DNA from: Clostridia bacterium
GTDB lineage: Bacteria > Bacillota > Clostridia > Christensenellales > CAG-917
NCBI GenBank assembly: GCA_045613765.1
Contig: JAZLBO010000006.1
Coordinates: forward strand, 4,042 to 68,041
DNA length: 64,000 bases
Direction of reading: 5' to 3'
Shown here one piece after another: positions 55,265-64,000 of the stretch (positions within the stretch are counted from its first letter, which is position 1; each line of letters opens with the position of its first letter). Under the pieces are notes generated by a model. That model did no database searches, was not told where the DNA came from, and saw only the letters and a list, made by a program, of their open reading frames with translations. The translations under genes were made by a program, and so were the position numbers.

Positions 55265-56485
55265 TCAGTCCTTGACGATTTTGTGGCACTCATAATAATA
55301 TCTCTTTTCCTCTGCTTCGCCCATACTAAATGCCTTTCTACAAAGGTTGCCGTGATCTACAACATATTGGAAAAGTTCTTCTTTTTTGATTGTGGGCATC
55401 AAGATTGCCACGCCGTCCTTTTCTTCTGCCACTGCTTTCAAGTGTTCAAGTCCGTGAATATAGTCAACAGTGCCGCCACCCTTTGCCATATAGTCATCAA
55501 TGACCTTTTGCACTTCTGCAATACACTCTGCGCCTATGGGGTTGCAAGGAATAACCTTGCTTGTGCCGTCAACCATAATTTCAAGTGCGCCACTTCCAGA
55601 AATGCCACCCTCAAGTGCATTGACAAAATCTGCCTTGTCAACGTCAAATACAACTCTATGTATAGGCTCAAAGACTATGCCGTTGTCGTGAAGATTTTCA
55701 AGTTCACAAAGGGCATATCTTGCAGGATGGTTTTCCTGTTCATCAAGAGGCAACGTCTTTTTGATTTCTTGCCAGTGTGCTTGTGCAGTTGCAAGAGAGT
55801 GATTGCCATCTCCCACTGCAAAGGTCAACTCTGTCTTGACACCATAAAGTCCGTCTATGTCTTCTTCGTACTTGGCAAGACGGTCAAAGACTTCCTTTTT
55901 GTCAACCTTGTATCCTGTCAAATGTCCACCTTTCATATTGAGGTCAAAGTCATAAAGTTTTTCAAACTTGTCCCTTTGTTCATACAAGTCCTCAATGACT
56001 CTGCCCTTTCTATCGTCCATAACCACAAGGATATGAGGAAGTTCGATTGGTGCATCTCTACGGATTTTGAGGCGAGGGGGGATTCTATCAGGCACAACGC
56101 CTTCGGTTGCGCGCAAGGGTGCGCTCGTAGGGTATGCGTATGAGTAGTCTTCAAGGTCGATTGCCACCATAAGTCCAAGACGGCTACGATACTCCGTGTC
56201 GCGTTTGACAAGGATGAAACTGTCCTTCAATGTATAAAATACATTGTTTGAAAGATAATCCTTCATTGTGGCGTTGATTTGAGCCACTCTTTCTTCGCCG
56301 TCGCCATCTTCAAGATACACTTCGGGGAAAATAAGTTTCAACGTGCTGGGACTATCTCCAACCACCCTTTCAACCTCTTTCCAATAACTCGGTTGTGATG
56401 TGAATTGGTCACAAGATACAACTGCCCACTTTTCAGGCTCTGCCACTTTTGGAAGTAAAATATCTACACACTTGATTGTTTTCAT
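55265..56485 (-). CDS. DUF1015-family protein
   Basis: 406 aa. The N-terminus DILLPKVAEPEKWAVVSCDQFTSQPSYW resembles the clostridial ACDQ(F/Y)TS subtype of DUF1015. Its ATG overlaps the cdaA stop (TAATG at 56483-56487). Confidence 0.7.
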   Translation of the reverse strand: MKTIKCVDILLPKVAEPEKWAVVSCDQFTSQPSYWKEVERVVGDSPSTLKLIFPEVYLEDGDGEERVAQINATMKDYLSNNVFYTLKDSFILVKRDTEYRSRLGLMVAIDLEDYSYAYPTSAPLRATEGVVPDRIPPRLKIRRDAPIELPHILVVMDDRKGRVIEDLYEQRDKFEKLYDFDLNMKGGHLTGYKVDKKEVFDRLAKYEEDIDGLYGVKTELTFAVGDGNHSLATAQAHWQEIKKTLPLDEQENHPARYALCELENLHDNGIVFEPIHRVVFDVDKADFVNALEGGISGSGALEIMVDGTSKVIPCNPIGAECIAEVQKVIDDYMAKGGGTVDYIHGLEHLKAVAEEKDGVAILMPTIKKEELFQYVVDHGNLCRKAFSMGEAEEKRYYYECHKIVKD

Positions 56486-57342
56486 TAGAACCTGCCGTGA
56501 TGTTTTTTCTCTTTCTTTTCTTCACGTCTTTGAAGTGCTGCAAGTGAGATGCCATAGACGTCTTCGATTTCATCTTTAAGTTTGTCCATGGTCATATATC
56601 TCTTGATTTCGCCGTGTCTTACAACAGAGATGATGCCTGTTTCTTCACTGACAACGATTGAGAGAACGTCGGTTTCTTCAGTGATGCCGATTGCAGCACG
56701 GTGACGTGTGCCCATTTCCTTGTTGACGTTTCTTTGTGTCAAAGGAAGGAAACAACCCGCCGCCACAATTTTGTTGCCACGGACGATAACTGCGCCGTCG
56801 TGCAAAGGTGCTTTGGTATTGAAAATACTTTCAAGCAAAGGTGCTGTCAACACTGCGCCAAGCATAGTGCCGGACTCAATGATTGTGTCTTGAATATCGC
56901 CGTTCATATCAATGATGATAATTGCACCCACGTCTTGTTTTGCCATATCTTGACAGGCAGACAAAATTTCTGTGGTTGCTTCACGAAGTTCGTCATCACT
57001 TGACATATTTTCGCCAAATATTGACAAGCCTTTGGGGTTGCCGAGTTTTTGGAATATTGATTTGAAGTCGCTTTGATAGACAACTGCAACAACCACAAGC
57101 ACGAGTATTGTAAAGTAATGCATGCAGTATCTTGCAAGTGTCAATGCCTCGCCATCGTGAAGTCCTGCAAGGACTTGCACCAAAATGTCAAGGATAAAGA
57201 TTGATGTCAAAAGACAAAGCACTCTCAAATGACGCTTGTATGCAAAGAAAATGATGAACAACACAATGAAAGTCACGGCAATCACTGCGTCAATGAGTGC
57301 ATACAAGTCGATATTTTTGATCCAATCAACAAAGTTATACAT
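56485..57342 (-). CDS. cdaA: Diadenylate cyclase (c-di-AMP synthase), membrane-anchored
   Basis: 285 aa. Three N-terminal TM helices and DAC-domain motifs PLHDGAVIVRG and GTRHRAAIGITEETD. Confidence 0.93.
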   Translation of the reverse strand: MYNFVDWIKNIDLYALIDAVIAVTFIVLFIIFFAYKRHLRVLCLLTSIFILDILVQVLAGLHDGEALTLARYCMHYFTILVLVVVAVVYQSDFKSIFQKLGNPKGLSIFGENMSSDDELREATTEILSACQDMAKQDVGAIIIIDMNGDIQDTIIESGTMLGAVLTAPLLESIFNTKAPLHDGAVIVRGNKIVAAGCFLPLTQRNVNKEMGTRHRAAIGITEETDVLSIVVSEETGIISVVRHGEIKRYMTMDKLKDEIEDVYGISLAALQRREEKKEKKHHGRF

Positions 57343-57476
57343 ACTACCCTCTCAAAAGAGTTTATTTTCCATAAGTGAAGACAAAGTCTTCAAAATCATT
57401 TTATACGGTTTTATTTTCCGTTTTTTGTTTACCGTTCCAACTGCGCCACGTTTGTGGCTCTGCCGTCTTGATTATC

Positions 57477-58418
57477 TTACAAGTCGAATTCATCAAAGAC
57501 TTTTTCTTCTTGGTCTTCAGGTTCGTCTTCTGCAAAAGGATTGCCGTTTGCACCAAAGCCGTTTTTCTTCAAGTCATCTACTGTGTAGAAGTTTTTGCCG
57601 TCTGTGAATACGACACCGTCCATGGTGGGATTTTCTTCTTTGAAGTCTTTTGCCTTGTTTTTGAGATATTTGTCAAGGACGACAAATGCAATGATTATCA
57701 AGGCGCACACTGCCAAGTTGATGTACATTGACACCTTCATGCCGGGGATTGCATATTCAAGCATTTGACCAAGTTCTGCAATGGTCATTGATTCACCTGC
57801 TGCCGTTGTGTAATATACGCTGTCAAAGGTGGCAAGCAATTCAGGATCTTCAAGAATATCAAAGAAGGTCAAGAACATGACTGATGCAAACACGTTGAGT
57901 ACAACTGTCAAAATGACGTAGATCTTGCCATAGTAGTTGAAATATCTGCTTGCTTGTCTTGGCTTGAGATATTGTGGGATAAACACAAGGAAGAACATAA
58001 GTGCATACGCCACCGTGCTTGTGACAATGTTCACTGCAAAAGGCACACAAAGTTCAATAACAGGCTCGATAAATGAGAAAGTGTTGATGATACCATTTGT
58101 CAAGGTGGCAAATGCCACAAATATCATAATGATATACTTGAAATCTTGCCTTGGAATTGCAATCAAGCCTTTTCTTGCGCCCAGTGTCCACAAAAATGAT
58201 GCCACAAGGTATATGAGAAATGCGCTCATTCCACAACTGACGACTACGTCAACCAATCCGTAGAGTATGGCAAGCCATACTGATGAATTTGGCTCGTATG
58301 CCACAAACACACCATAAAAGTTGTTGACAAAGTATGCAAAAATAAGCGCCACCCAAATGAGTGGGTAGAACTTGGGGTTGATCTTCAAATTATTGTTGGG
58401 ATTTATGTTGATGTTCAT
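57477..58418 (-). CDS. Multi-pass membrane protein of unknown function with an acidic C-terminal tail
   Basis: 313 aa with ~8 hydrophobic helices. Its start overlaps the holA stop by 4 nt. Confidence 0.6.
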   Translation of the reverse strand: MNININPNNNLKINPKFYPLIWVALIFAYFVNNFYGVFVAYEPNSSVWLAILYGLVDVVVSCGMSAFLIYLVASFLWTLGARKGLIAIPRQDFKYIIMIFVAFATLTNGIINTFSFIEPVIELCVPFAVNIVTSTVAYALMFFLVFIPQYLKPRQASRYFNYYGKIYVILTVVLNVFASVMFLTFFDILEDPELLATFDSVYYTTAAGESMTIAELGQMLEYAIPGMKVSMYINLAVCALIIIAFVVLDKYLKNKAKDFKEENPTMDGVVFTDGKNFYTVDDLKKNGFGANGNPFAEDEPEDQEEKVFDEFDL

Positions 58419-59401
58419 ATATTCAATAATGTCAACACTGCATCATGTACTGCAGTTTGTTCAAGGCGTTTGCCTATGAGAATTGAGTACTGCAAGTTGT
58501 GGAGATAATCCACTGCTTGTTTCAATCGTACTTGGGTATAGTTTTTTGACACTCTCTTGACGTGGTACAACTGACCTGTTGATATGCCAAGATGACTTGC
58601 AAGTTGTCCGTTGTCCGTTGCTTTGTGCAGTTCGGCATGCAACATTTTGCGATATTGTCCGTAAAGCATTGTGATGATTGTATGTCCACGAACCCCTTGC
58701 TTGAAAAATACGTCAAGGATTTCAAGTGCCTTTTCAGGTTGCTTTTCACTGACTGCACCAGTCAACTCATAGATGGCAAATTCAAGGTCGGGGGCAACCA
58801 TAACTTCCACGTCTTGAAGGGTGATAATATCCCCCGAATATGACTTCAACTTTTTCACTTCGCAGACTATCCTTGACATATCCCCGAGCGTCTTTTCAAC
58901 AAGAGCGTGAAGTGCCTTTGGCTCTATGGATTTTTGAGGATTTTCCTTGAGCAAAGTGTCAAGTTCAAATGCGATCATATTTTCATCAAGTTTGTCGCAA
59001 TCTACGTATGCAAGTTTTTCTTCCTTGGCAAAATCTTTGACTGATTTTTCGTCCCCAACTACAACAAAAATTGATGCAGGATTTGGGGCTTTGAGATACC
59101 CTTTGATAAGGTCTTTATCTTGGTCTGCAACCTTCTCGGGAAAGTCGGGGATGATGACCACTTTTCTCTCGTCAAATACAGGATAAAGTGACAGTGCATC
59201 AATGGCAGATGAAACCCCTTGTCCTTGTGCAACAATGGACAAGTTGAAGTCTGCATAATCGGGGTCAACAAGCCCCTTGAACATTGCAGTTGCACTTTGA
59301 CGAAGGTATGCGTCACCACCACCGATAAGGTATATCGGCTCAAATTTAGTGACACCTTTCAAGGCATCATCAATGTGCTTTTTCAGTTCAACGTATTTCA
59401 T
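58415..59401 (-). CDS. holA: DNA polymerase III delta subunit
   Basis: I prefer the ATG at 59401 (MKYVELKKHI...PIYLIGGGDAYL). Length and helical C-terminal domain are typical of HolA. Confidence 0.75.
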   Translation of the reverse strand: MKYVELKKHIDDALKGVTKFEPIYLIGGGDAYLRQSATAMFKGLVDPDYADFNLSIVAQGQGVSSAIDALSLYPVFDERKVVIIPDFPEKVADQDKDLIKGYLKAPNPASIFVVVGDEKSVKDFAKEEKLAYVDCDKLDENMIAFELDTLLKENPQKSIEPKALHALVEKTLGDMSRIVCEVKKLKSYSGDIITLQDVEVMVAPDLEFAIYELTGAVSEKQPEKALEILDVFFKQGVRGHTIITMLYGQYRKMLHAELHKATDNGQLASHLGISTGQLYHVKRVSKNYTQVRLKQAVDYLHNLQYSILIGKRLEQTAVHDAVLTLLNI

Positions 59402-59738
59402 TTTTTCACCGTCAAATTCATTACGTGCGCGTGTGCTTATATGCACGCCCACACAAGATTACACTATATCTTAGCATATTCTATTACATTTTGTAAAGAA
59501 CAAATATTTTTTGAAACGGGTTTTTCATGTTGGGCGCAATGTTTTTCCACACCAAATTATACCCACTTTTGCACCCTTTTTTACAGGGTTTGAAAACAAA
59601 AAAACACGGTCTTGACCTGCTCAAATCCGTGTTTTATATGTATATATTGATTTTGTAAACTATTTCTTGTGTTTGTTGACCGATAAACCCGTCATAAGTC
59701 TTAGGGGTGTATTTTTCAAAGCAAACTGCCCCAAAAAT

Positions 59739-60809
59739 TTAGTCAAGAATATTTGACAAAAATTCTTTGAGTCTGGGATGTTTTGGCTCTGTGAAAAACT
59801 TGTCGGGGGTGTTTTCTTCCAAGATTTTGCCTTCTGCCATAAACACAATTCTTGTGCCAACTTCTCTTGCAAAGCCCATTTCGTGTGTGACGATAACCAT
59901 TGTCATACCTTCTTCTGCCACTTGTTTGATGAGTTCAAGAACTTCGCCAACCATTTCAGGATCAAGGGCTGACGTGGGCTCATCAAAGAGCAAAACTTTG
60001 GGGTTCATTGCAAGGGCTCTTGCAATGGCAACACGTTGCTTTTGTCCACCCGAAAGAGTGCTTGGATATACGTCTGCTTTGTCAAGAAGACCAATTCTTT
60101 CAAGAAGTTCATTTGCCTTGATATTTGCATTGTCTTTCACTTCTTGCGCAGTGACAAATTCGGGGATTGAAATTGCCTTTTCTTCATAGGGCAAAAGGTG
60201 TGAAAGTTTGCGCTCTTTCTTTTCAATTTTCAAGGACAAATCCAGCTTTTCTTTTGTCAACTTTTTGTCATAAGTGGCGTACTTTTTGCCTGCATTTTCC
60301 TTGATGACTTTTGTCTTTTCCCACTGCTCTGTCAAGGGTGCAAGTTGCTCTTTTAAGACGGCTATTTCTTCTTCAATTTTCTTGCGCTTTTGGTCTATAT
60401 TTGCATTGTATTTTGCACCAAAGGTTTTGACAAAACTGTTGTACATTGGCACATACAATTTTTGCCATTTCATTTGACGTATTTTCTTCAGTCCAATGGT
60501 TATGGGTGCAAGGGTGATATTCTCTTTGACTGTGAGATTGTTGAACAGATTGAACTGTTGGAAAACCATGCCAACATTTTCTCTTTGCTCGTCAATATCC
60601 ACTTTCAAGTCAACAAGATCGTTGCCCATAAACATAACTTTGCCAGAAGTGGGGTCTTCAAGGACGTTAAGACAACGAAGGAAAGTTGATTTGCCACCAC
60701 CTGATGGGCCAACTATGACAACTTTTTCCCCTTCTTTAATTGATGTGGTAATATCGTCAAGGACCAAAAGGTCGCCGTATTTCTTTGTGAGGTTAATTGC
60801 GTCTATCAC
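59739..60809 (-). CDS. Polar amino-acid ABC transporter ATP-binding protein carrying a ~113-aa Lys/Glu-rich insertion
   Basis: 356 aa versus ~240-250 for GlnQ/ArtP-type ATPases. [45 protein letters not shown]. The extra segment lies between APITIGLKK and ELLERIGL. Confidence 0.88.
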   Translation of the reverse strand: MIDAINLTKKYGDLLVLDDITTSIKEGEKVVIVGPSGGGKSTFLRCLNVLEDPTSGKVMFMGNDLVDLKVDIDEQRENVGMVFQQFNLFNNLTVKENITLAPITIGLKKIRQMKWQKLYVPMYNSFVKTFGAKYNANIDQKRKKIEEEIAVLKEQLAPLTEQWEKTKVIKENAGKKYATYDKKLTKEKLDLSLKIEKKERKLSHLLPYEEKAISIPEFVTAQEVKDNANIKANELLERIGLLDKADVYPSTLSGGQKQRVAIARALAMNPKVLLFDEPTSALDPEMVGEVLELIKQVAEEGMTMVIVTHEMGFAREVGTRIVFMAEGKILEENTPDKFFTEPKHPRLKEFLSNILD

Positions 60810-62370
60810 TGCGTTTCATCCTCCTTTCAATGAGTTTGATGATGCCTGTGACGACAAGCACCAAAACGAGATATATAAGTGCCAACAAAAGATACGGCAC
60901 GACAAATTCATAGTTTTGTGAGCCGATACGCTTGAAGGCTTGTGTAATGTCAAGGGTTGCAATAAATCCAACCACCGAAGTATCCTTGATGAGTGCGATA
61001 AACTCGTTGCCAAGGGTGGGAAGCACGTTTTTCATTGCTTGGGGTATGACAATCTTTGCCATAGTTGTGCCGTAGCCAAGGCCCAATGCTCTGCCTGCCT
61101 CAAACTGTCCTTTGTCAATGGACTGTATGCCACCACGCATAATTTCTGCCACGTAAGCACCACTATTCATGCCAAACGTGACAACTGCAACAACAAGGCT
61201 GTCAATACGAAGTCCCATTGCGGGGAAAAGGATATAATAGAAAATAAGCAGTTGGACAACCAGTGGTGTGCCACGGAATACTGTCACATACAAGTCGCCA
61301 ATGTATCCAAAGAATTTTGCCACCTTGTTTTCACGGGGCATAACCTTGATGACGGCAATGATTGTGCCAATAACAATACCGATTGCAAGGCCAATGACTG
61401 CAATGAGCAATGTATTCTTCAAGCCTTCAAGAATTGTCTTGCCACCGTCATATTCATTGAATGAACGGACAAAGAGTTTCCACTTTGCACCACTTTCATT
61501 TTGTGAATTGATTTTTTCAACCATAGCCAGTGCAGGTGCTTTGTCAACCATTACAAAATCCACTGCTCCGTTGATCATGTCCGTCACTGCCAAAGATGCA
61601 GAATCATAGGAATTGAGTGCAATATTTTCAAAACCATCAAAGCCAAAATCCTCACTGCCATTTATGTAGTAAAATCCCGTAGTGCTGGTTTGTGCGCCTG
61701 CTTTGACATCTTTAAGTGCCGATAGTGTCTTTTCAACGTCTTCTTTTGTGGTGCAGTTGTCAAAGGTTGTATTGTCAATATCAACCACAATCATTTGTGT
61801 TGTGCCATAGTATGGAATAGAAAATTGCACTGCCTCTTTGCGATCATCACTGATGGTCAAACCTGCCATGCCAATGTGGCAAAGACCTTGCTCAACTGAT
61901 GTGACAACGGCATCAAAATCCATATCCTTGACCACCAATGTTTTGCCAAGATATTCTGCAAGAAGCAAGGCGACTTCCATGTCAATACCACAGAAGTTTT
62001 CCCCATTTTTGTATTCAAAAGGCTCAAAGTCGGTGTTGGTTGCAACAATAAGTGGGTTGTCAATTCCACTGTCATCTGTTGCCACTGCACCTATGCCTGT
62101 GATTGATGAATACTCGTGGTTTTTTGCGCTATCATACTTTGCATAAATTCCGTCAAGGGTGCCGTCTTCAATTATGTTTTCAAGAAAACTGTTGACACTT
62201 GCAAGCAACTGACTGTCTTCAGTATTTACACAATAGCCGTATTGCTCTCCCGTCAATTCAATTGGAACAATCTTCACTGTCTTGTCTTGCTTGTTGCAAC
62301 CTGCAAAGGCAAAAAGCGCCCCTACAAGCAAGGTCAAAACAACCAAAATTGTCAAAAGTTTTTTCTTCAT
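60793..62370 (-). CDS. Fused amino-acid ABC substrate-binding lipoprotein and permease
   Basis: 525 aa. Lipobox FAFAGC, an SBP_bac_3-like N-terminal half, and a HisM/GlnP-type permease C-terminal half ([22 protein letters not shown]). Confidence 0.88.
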   Translation of the reverse strand: MKKKLLTILVVLTLLVGALFAFAGCNKQDKTVKIVPIELTGEQYGYCVNTEDSQLLASVNSFLENIIEDGTLDGIYAKYDSAKNHEYSSITGIGAVATDDSGIDNPLIVATNTDFEPFEYKNGENFCGIDMEVALLLAEYLGKTLVVKDMDFDAVVTSVEQGLCHIGMAGLTISDDRKEAVQFSIPYYGTTQMIVVDIDNTTFDNCTTKEDVEKTLSALKDVKAGAQTSTTGFYYINGSEDFGFDGFENIALNSYDSASLAVTDMINGAVDFVMVDKAPALAMVEKINSQNESGAKWKLFVRSFNEYDGGKTILEGLKNTLLIAVIGLAIGIVIGTIIAVIKVMPRENKVAKFFGYIGDLYVTVFRGTPLVVQLLIFYYILFPAMGLRIDSLVVAVVTFGMNSGAYVAEIMRGGIQSIDKGQFEAGRALGLGYGTTMAKIVIPQAMKNVLPTLGNEFIALIKDTSVVGFIATLDITQAFKRIGSQNYEFVVPYLLLALIYLVLVLVVTGIIKLIERRMKRSDRRN

Positions 62371-62556
62371 ATATCACCAAAAATTTGTATTTCTTATAAA
62401 TGCTTGACAATAATACCAATTTATACCAAAAAATGCAAACATTTTTGCATAAAATTTGCAAAATAACAAAATTATTTTGAATATCTCATATTTTATGCAA
62501 TTTTGGGCGATTTTTATACATTTATAAATATTTTTTGCTCTTTTTATTTGCAAAAT

Positions 62557-62587
62557 AAAAAACCCGACCGATTGGTCGGGCTTTTTA
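62557..62587 (-). terminator. Intrinsic terminator after acpP
   Basis: CCCGACC-gatt-GGTCGGG (62563-80). On the minus strand it is followed by T6. Confidence 0.8.
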
Positions 62588-62600
62588 CAACTTTCAAAAA

Positions 62601-62834
62601 TTAGTTTTGCTTTGCTTCGATAAGTTTCACAACGTCGCCAACTGTCTTGATGTCAATTGCTTCTGCATTGTCAAATTCAAAACCATATTTGTTTTCAACG
62701 TTCATAAGCATTTCAACCATATCAAGGCTATCGCAACCAATGTCATCAGTGATGTTTGTGTCTTCGGTGATGGATGCAGGATCGCAACCCATTTGTTCAA
62801 CGATGATTTCTCTGAGTTCTTCAAAAATTGCCAT
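62601..62834 (-). CDS. acpP: Acyl carrier protein
   Basis: 77 aa. DIGCDSLDMVEMLM with the phosphopantetheine-attachment Ser. AAGGAGAA RBS. Confidence 0.9.
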   Translation of the reverse strand: MAIFEELREIIVEQMGCDPASITEDTNITDDIGCDSLDMVEMLMNVENKYGFEFDNAEAIDIKTVGDVVKLIEAKQN

Positions 62835-62972
62835 TTTATTCTCCTTGTGCCTTACGGCTATTTTTTCTATTTATTGCAACGGTGTTGCTGTTGTTTTTTA
62901 TTTATCGGTGGGTGTATATACTACCCTTTAGGCTTTGGCAGTTGCCTTCTCGCTGTTGAGCCCATTTGTATC

Positions 62973-63001
62973 ATTATAATACACTTTCAAGAAAATTTCA
63001 A
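62973..63001 (-). promoter_or_regulatory. Candidate sigma-A promoter for acpP
   Basis: Minus strand reads TTGAAA (62996-63001), 17 nt, then TATAAT (62973-78), giving a ~135-nt leader. Confidence 0.5.
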
Positions 63002-63004
63002 GTA

Positions 63005-63508
63005 CTACTTATTTTCAAAATCTTCAACTGCTTTTGGATCAATTTCAAAGGCACGAATATTTTGTTCGGGCGCGCATATACAGGCGTGATAGTCCCACAT
63101 ATCAAAATGCTCAAAGTGAGCGTCTTCGGGGATAGGTTTACGTATGGATATTATGCCTTCCCCTGTAAACTTGCAGTAACTTTCCCTTTCCGTCCACTTC
63201 TCAAAAAATTCTGCATCATCTTCTGCATCAATGAAAGTGAACTTTTCTCTGTTGACAGGGCGTATCTTTTCCACGTCAACGCCAATCTCGGTGTTGGACA
63301 CTGCAAGGATAACCAAGCCATGAGAGTGAGAAAGGTTGAAATAGACACCGTCAACGTCAAGACGGGGCTTGCGATTTTCTTCTCTTATTATGTTGACTTT
63401 TTCGGGTAGTCCACCGTGAAGATGACCACAAAGGTCACGATAATTGCTGTATCCAAAACGGATAAAACTGTCACTGTCAACTTTTTGTCTTACAACGAAA
63501 ACTATCAT
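63005..63508 (-). CDS. 4'-phosphopantetheinyl transferase (short Sfp-like)
   Basis: 167 aa. FNLSHSHGLVILAV, IGVDVEKI, WTERESYCKFTG. Its start overlaps the stop of the upstream hom gene (TAATG). Confidence 0.8.
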   Translation of the reverse strand: MIVFVVRQKVDSDSFIRFGYSNYRDLCGHLHGGLPEKVNIIREENRKPRLDVDGVYFNLSHSHGLVILAVSNTEIGVDVEKIRPVNREKFTFIDAEDDAEFFEKWTERESYCKFTGEGIISIRKPIPEDAHFEHFDMWDYHACICAPEQNIRAFEIDPKAVEDFENK

Positions 63509-64000
63509 TATTTTTCAATTCTAATAAGTGCACCAAGGCAGTCAACTTGTGCCAACTTGACAATACGTGACACCAAGTCTTGCATGACGCTTTCTTTTGC
63601 TTTTGATGTGATGATGATGACGTCCTTGCCCTTTGTCAATGCCTTGACAACTTCAATGCCGTTGTCCAAGAGCATTGCAGAGATCTTGTTAAGACCCTCG
63701 CCCTTTTCATCTGCTACGAAACGAAGGTAATATTCTGTTGAAAAATCTGTTGCAAACGTGTCATCACCCACGTCTTCGTTTTCTTCAAAATAAAATCTTC
63801 TGTGGTCTGTGTTTTTGCCTGCAAACACAATGTCACTGACGATTGCACTGCCTGTGGGAAGTGAGCCTGCACCACGGCCGTAAAGCATAACGTCATCAAC
63901 GTTGTCGCCGTGGATAAACACTGCATTAAATGAACCCTTTACGCCAGAAAGTGGGTGTTCAGTGGGCAAAAATGCAGGATGAACTCTTGCTTCTGTCATT
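63508..64000 (-). CDS. hom: Homoserine dehydrogenase, C-terminal part (gene start lies beyond the window)
   Basis: HPLSGVKGSFNAVFIHGDNVDDVMLYGRGAGSLPTGSAIVSDIV plus a C-terminal ACT-like domain. The reading frame is open to the right edge. Confidence 0.85.
   Translation of the reverse strand, partial: MTEARVHPAFLPTEHPLSGVKGSFNAVFIHGDNVDDVMLYGRGAGSLPTGSAIVSDIVFAGKNTDHRRFYFEENEDVGDDTFATDFSTEYYLRFVADEKGEGLNKISAMLLDNGIEVVKALTKGKDVIIITSKAKESVMQDLVSRIVKLAQVDCLGALIRIEK

Noticed and set aside
1-64000. CRISPR arrays, tRNA/rRNA genes, transposases, integrases, prophage modules, and classical defence systems (RM, Cas, retron RT, Abi)
   Set aside because: None recognised in any frame or intergenic region. 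The only repeats are coding tandem repeats, the 11.9-12.75 kb structured locus, the duplicated leaders and the short motifs listed above.

Overview
A 64-kb chromosomal window from a low-GC Firmicute, probably a spore-forming Clostridia member (the spoVT / MOP-flippase / mazG neighbourhood resembles B. subtilis). It is about 85-90% coding and mostly on the minus strand. I recognised no rRNA, tRNA, CRISPR array, transposase or integrase. Recognisable content, left to right: (1) a complete glucuronide/glucuronate utilisation locus: kdgK-eda-uxuB-uxuA-uxaC, an AraC regulator, a GPH-family transporter and a GH2 beta-glucuronidase-like enzyme; (2) three secreted lipoproteins built from Cys-rich CTxxG...CxxC repeat modules (one fused to BspA-type leucine-rich repeats (LRRs), one to an HExxH domain, one to a phosphoesterase); (3) housekeeping genes: coaE, polA, gpmI-tpiA-pgk, trmL, dus, mazG, spoVT, dnaD/dnaI-like, uvrBA, aspartate kinase, cdaA, holA, acpP, hom; (4) transporters: an ABC exporter followed by a large Ig-like/beta-helix protein, a MATE pump, and an amino-acid ABC system. 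The most unusual stretch is the roughly 0.9-kb gene-free interval at 11.8-12.75 kb between two convergent genes. It is G+C-enriched, full of nested inverted repeats, and ends in two tandem paralogous units whose stems differ by compensatory changes around an invariant 13-nt loop. I read it as a candidate large structured ncRNA locus or a composite palindromic element, but I could not match it to any RNA family from memory. Other points worth a second look: a 38-nt block conserved perfectly upstream of two paralogous surface-protein genes; translational coupling of cdaA to a DUF1015 gene; a twin pair of 134-aa wHTH-plus-TM proteins; a ~113-aa coiled-coil insertion in an ABC ATPase; and a decayed gene relic with repeated motifs upstream of pgk. 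All assignments come from reading the translated ORFs and the sequence by eye. No database searches were run.
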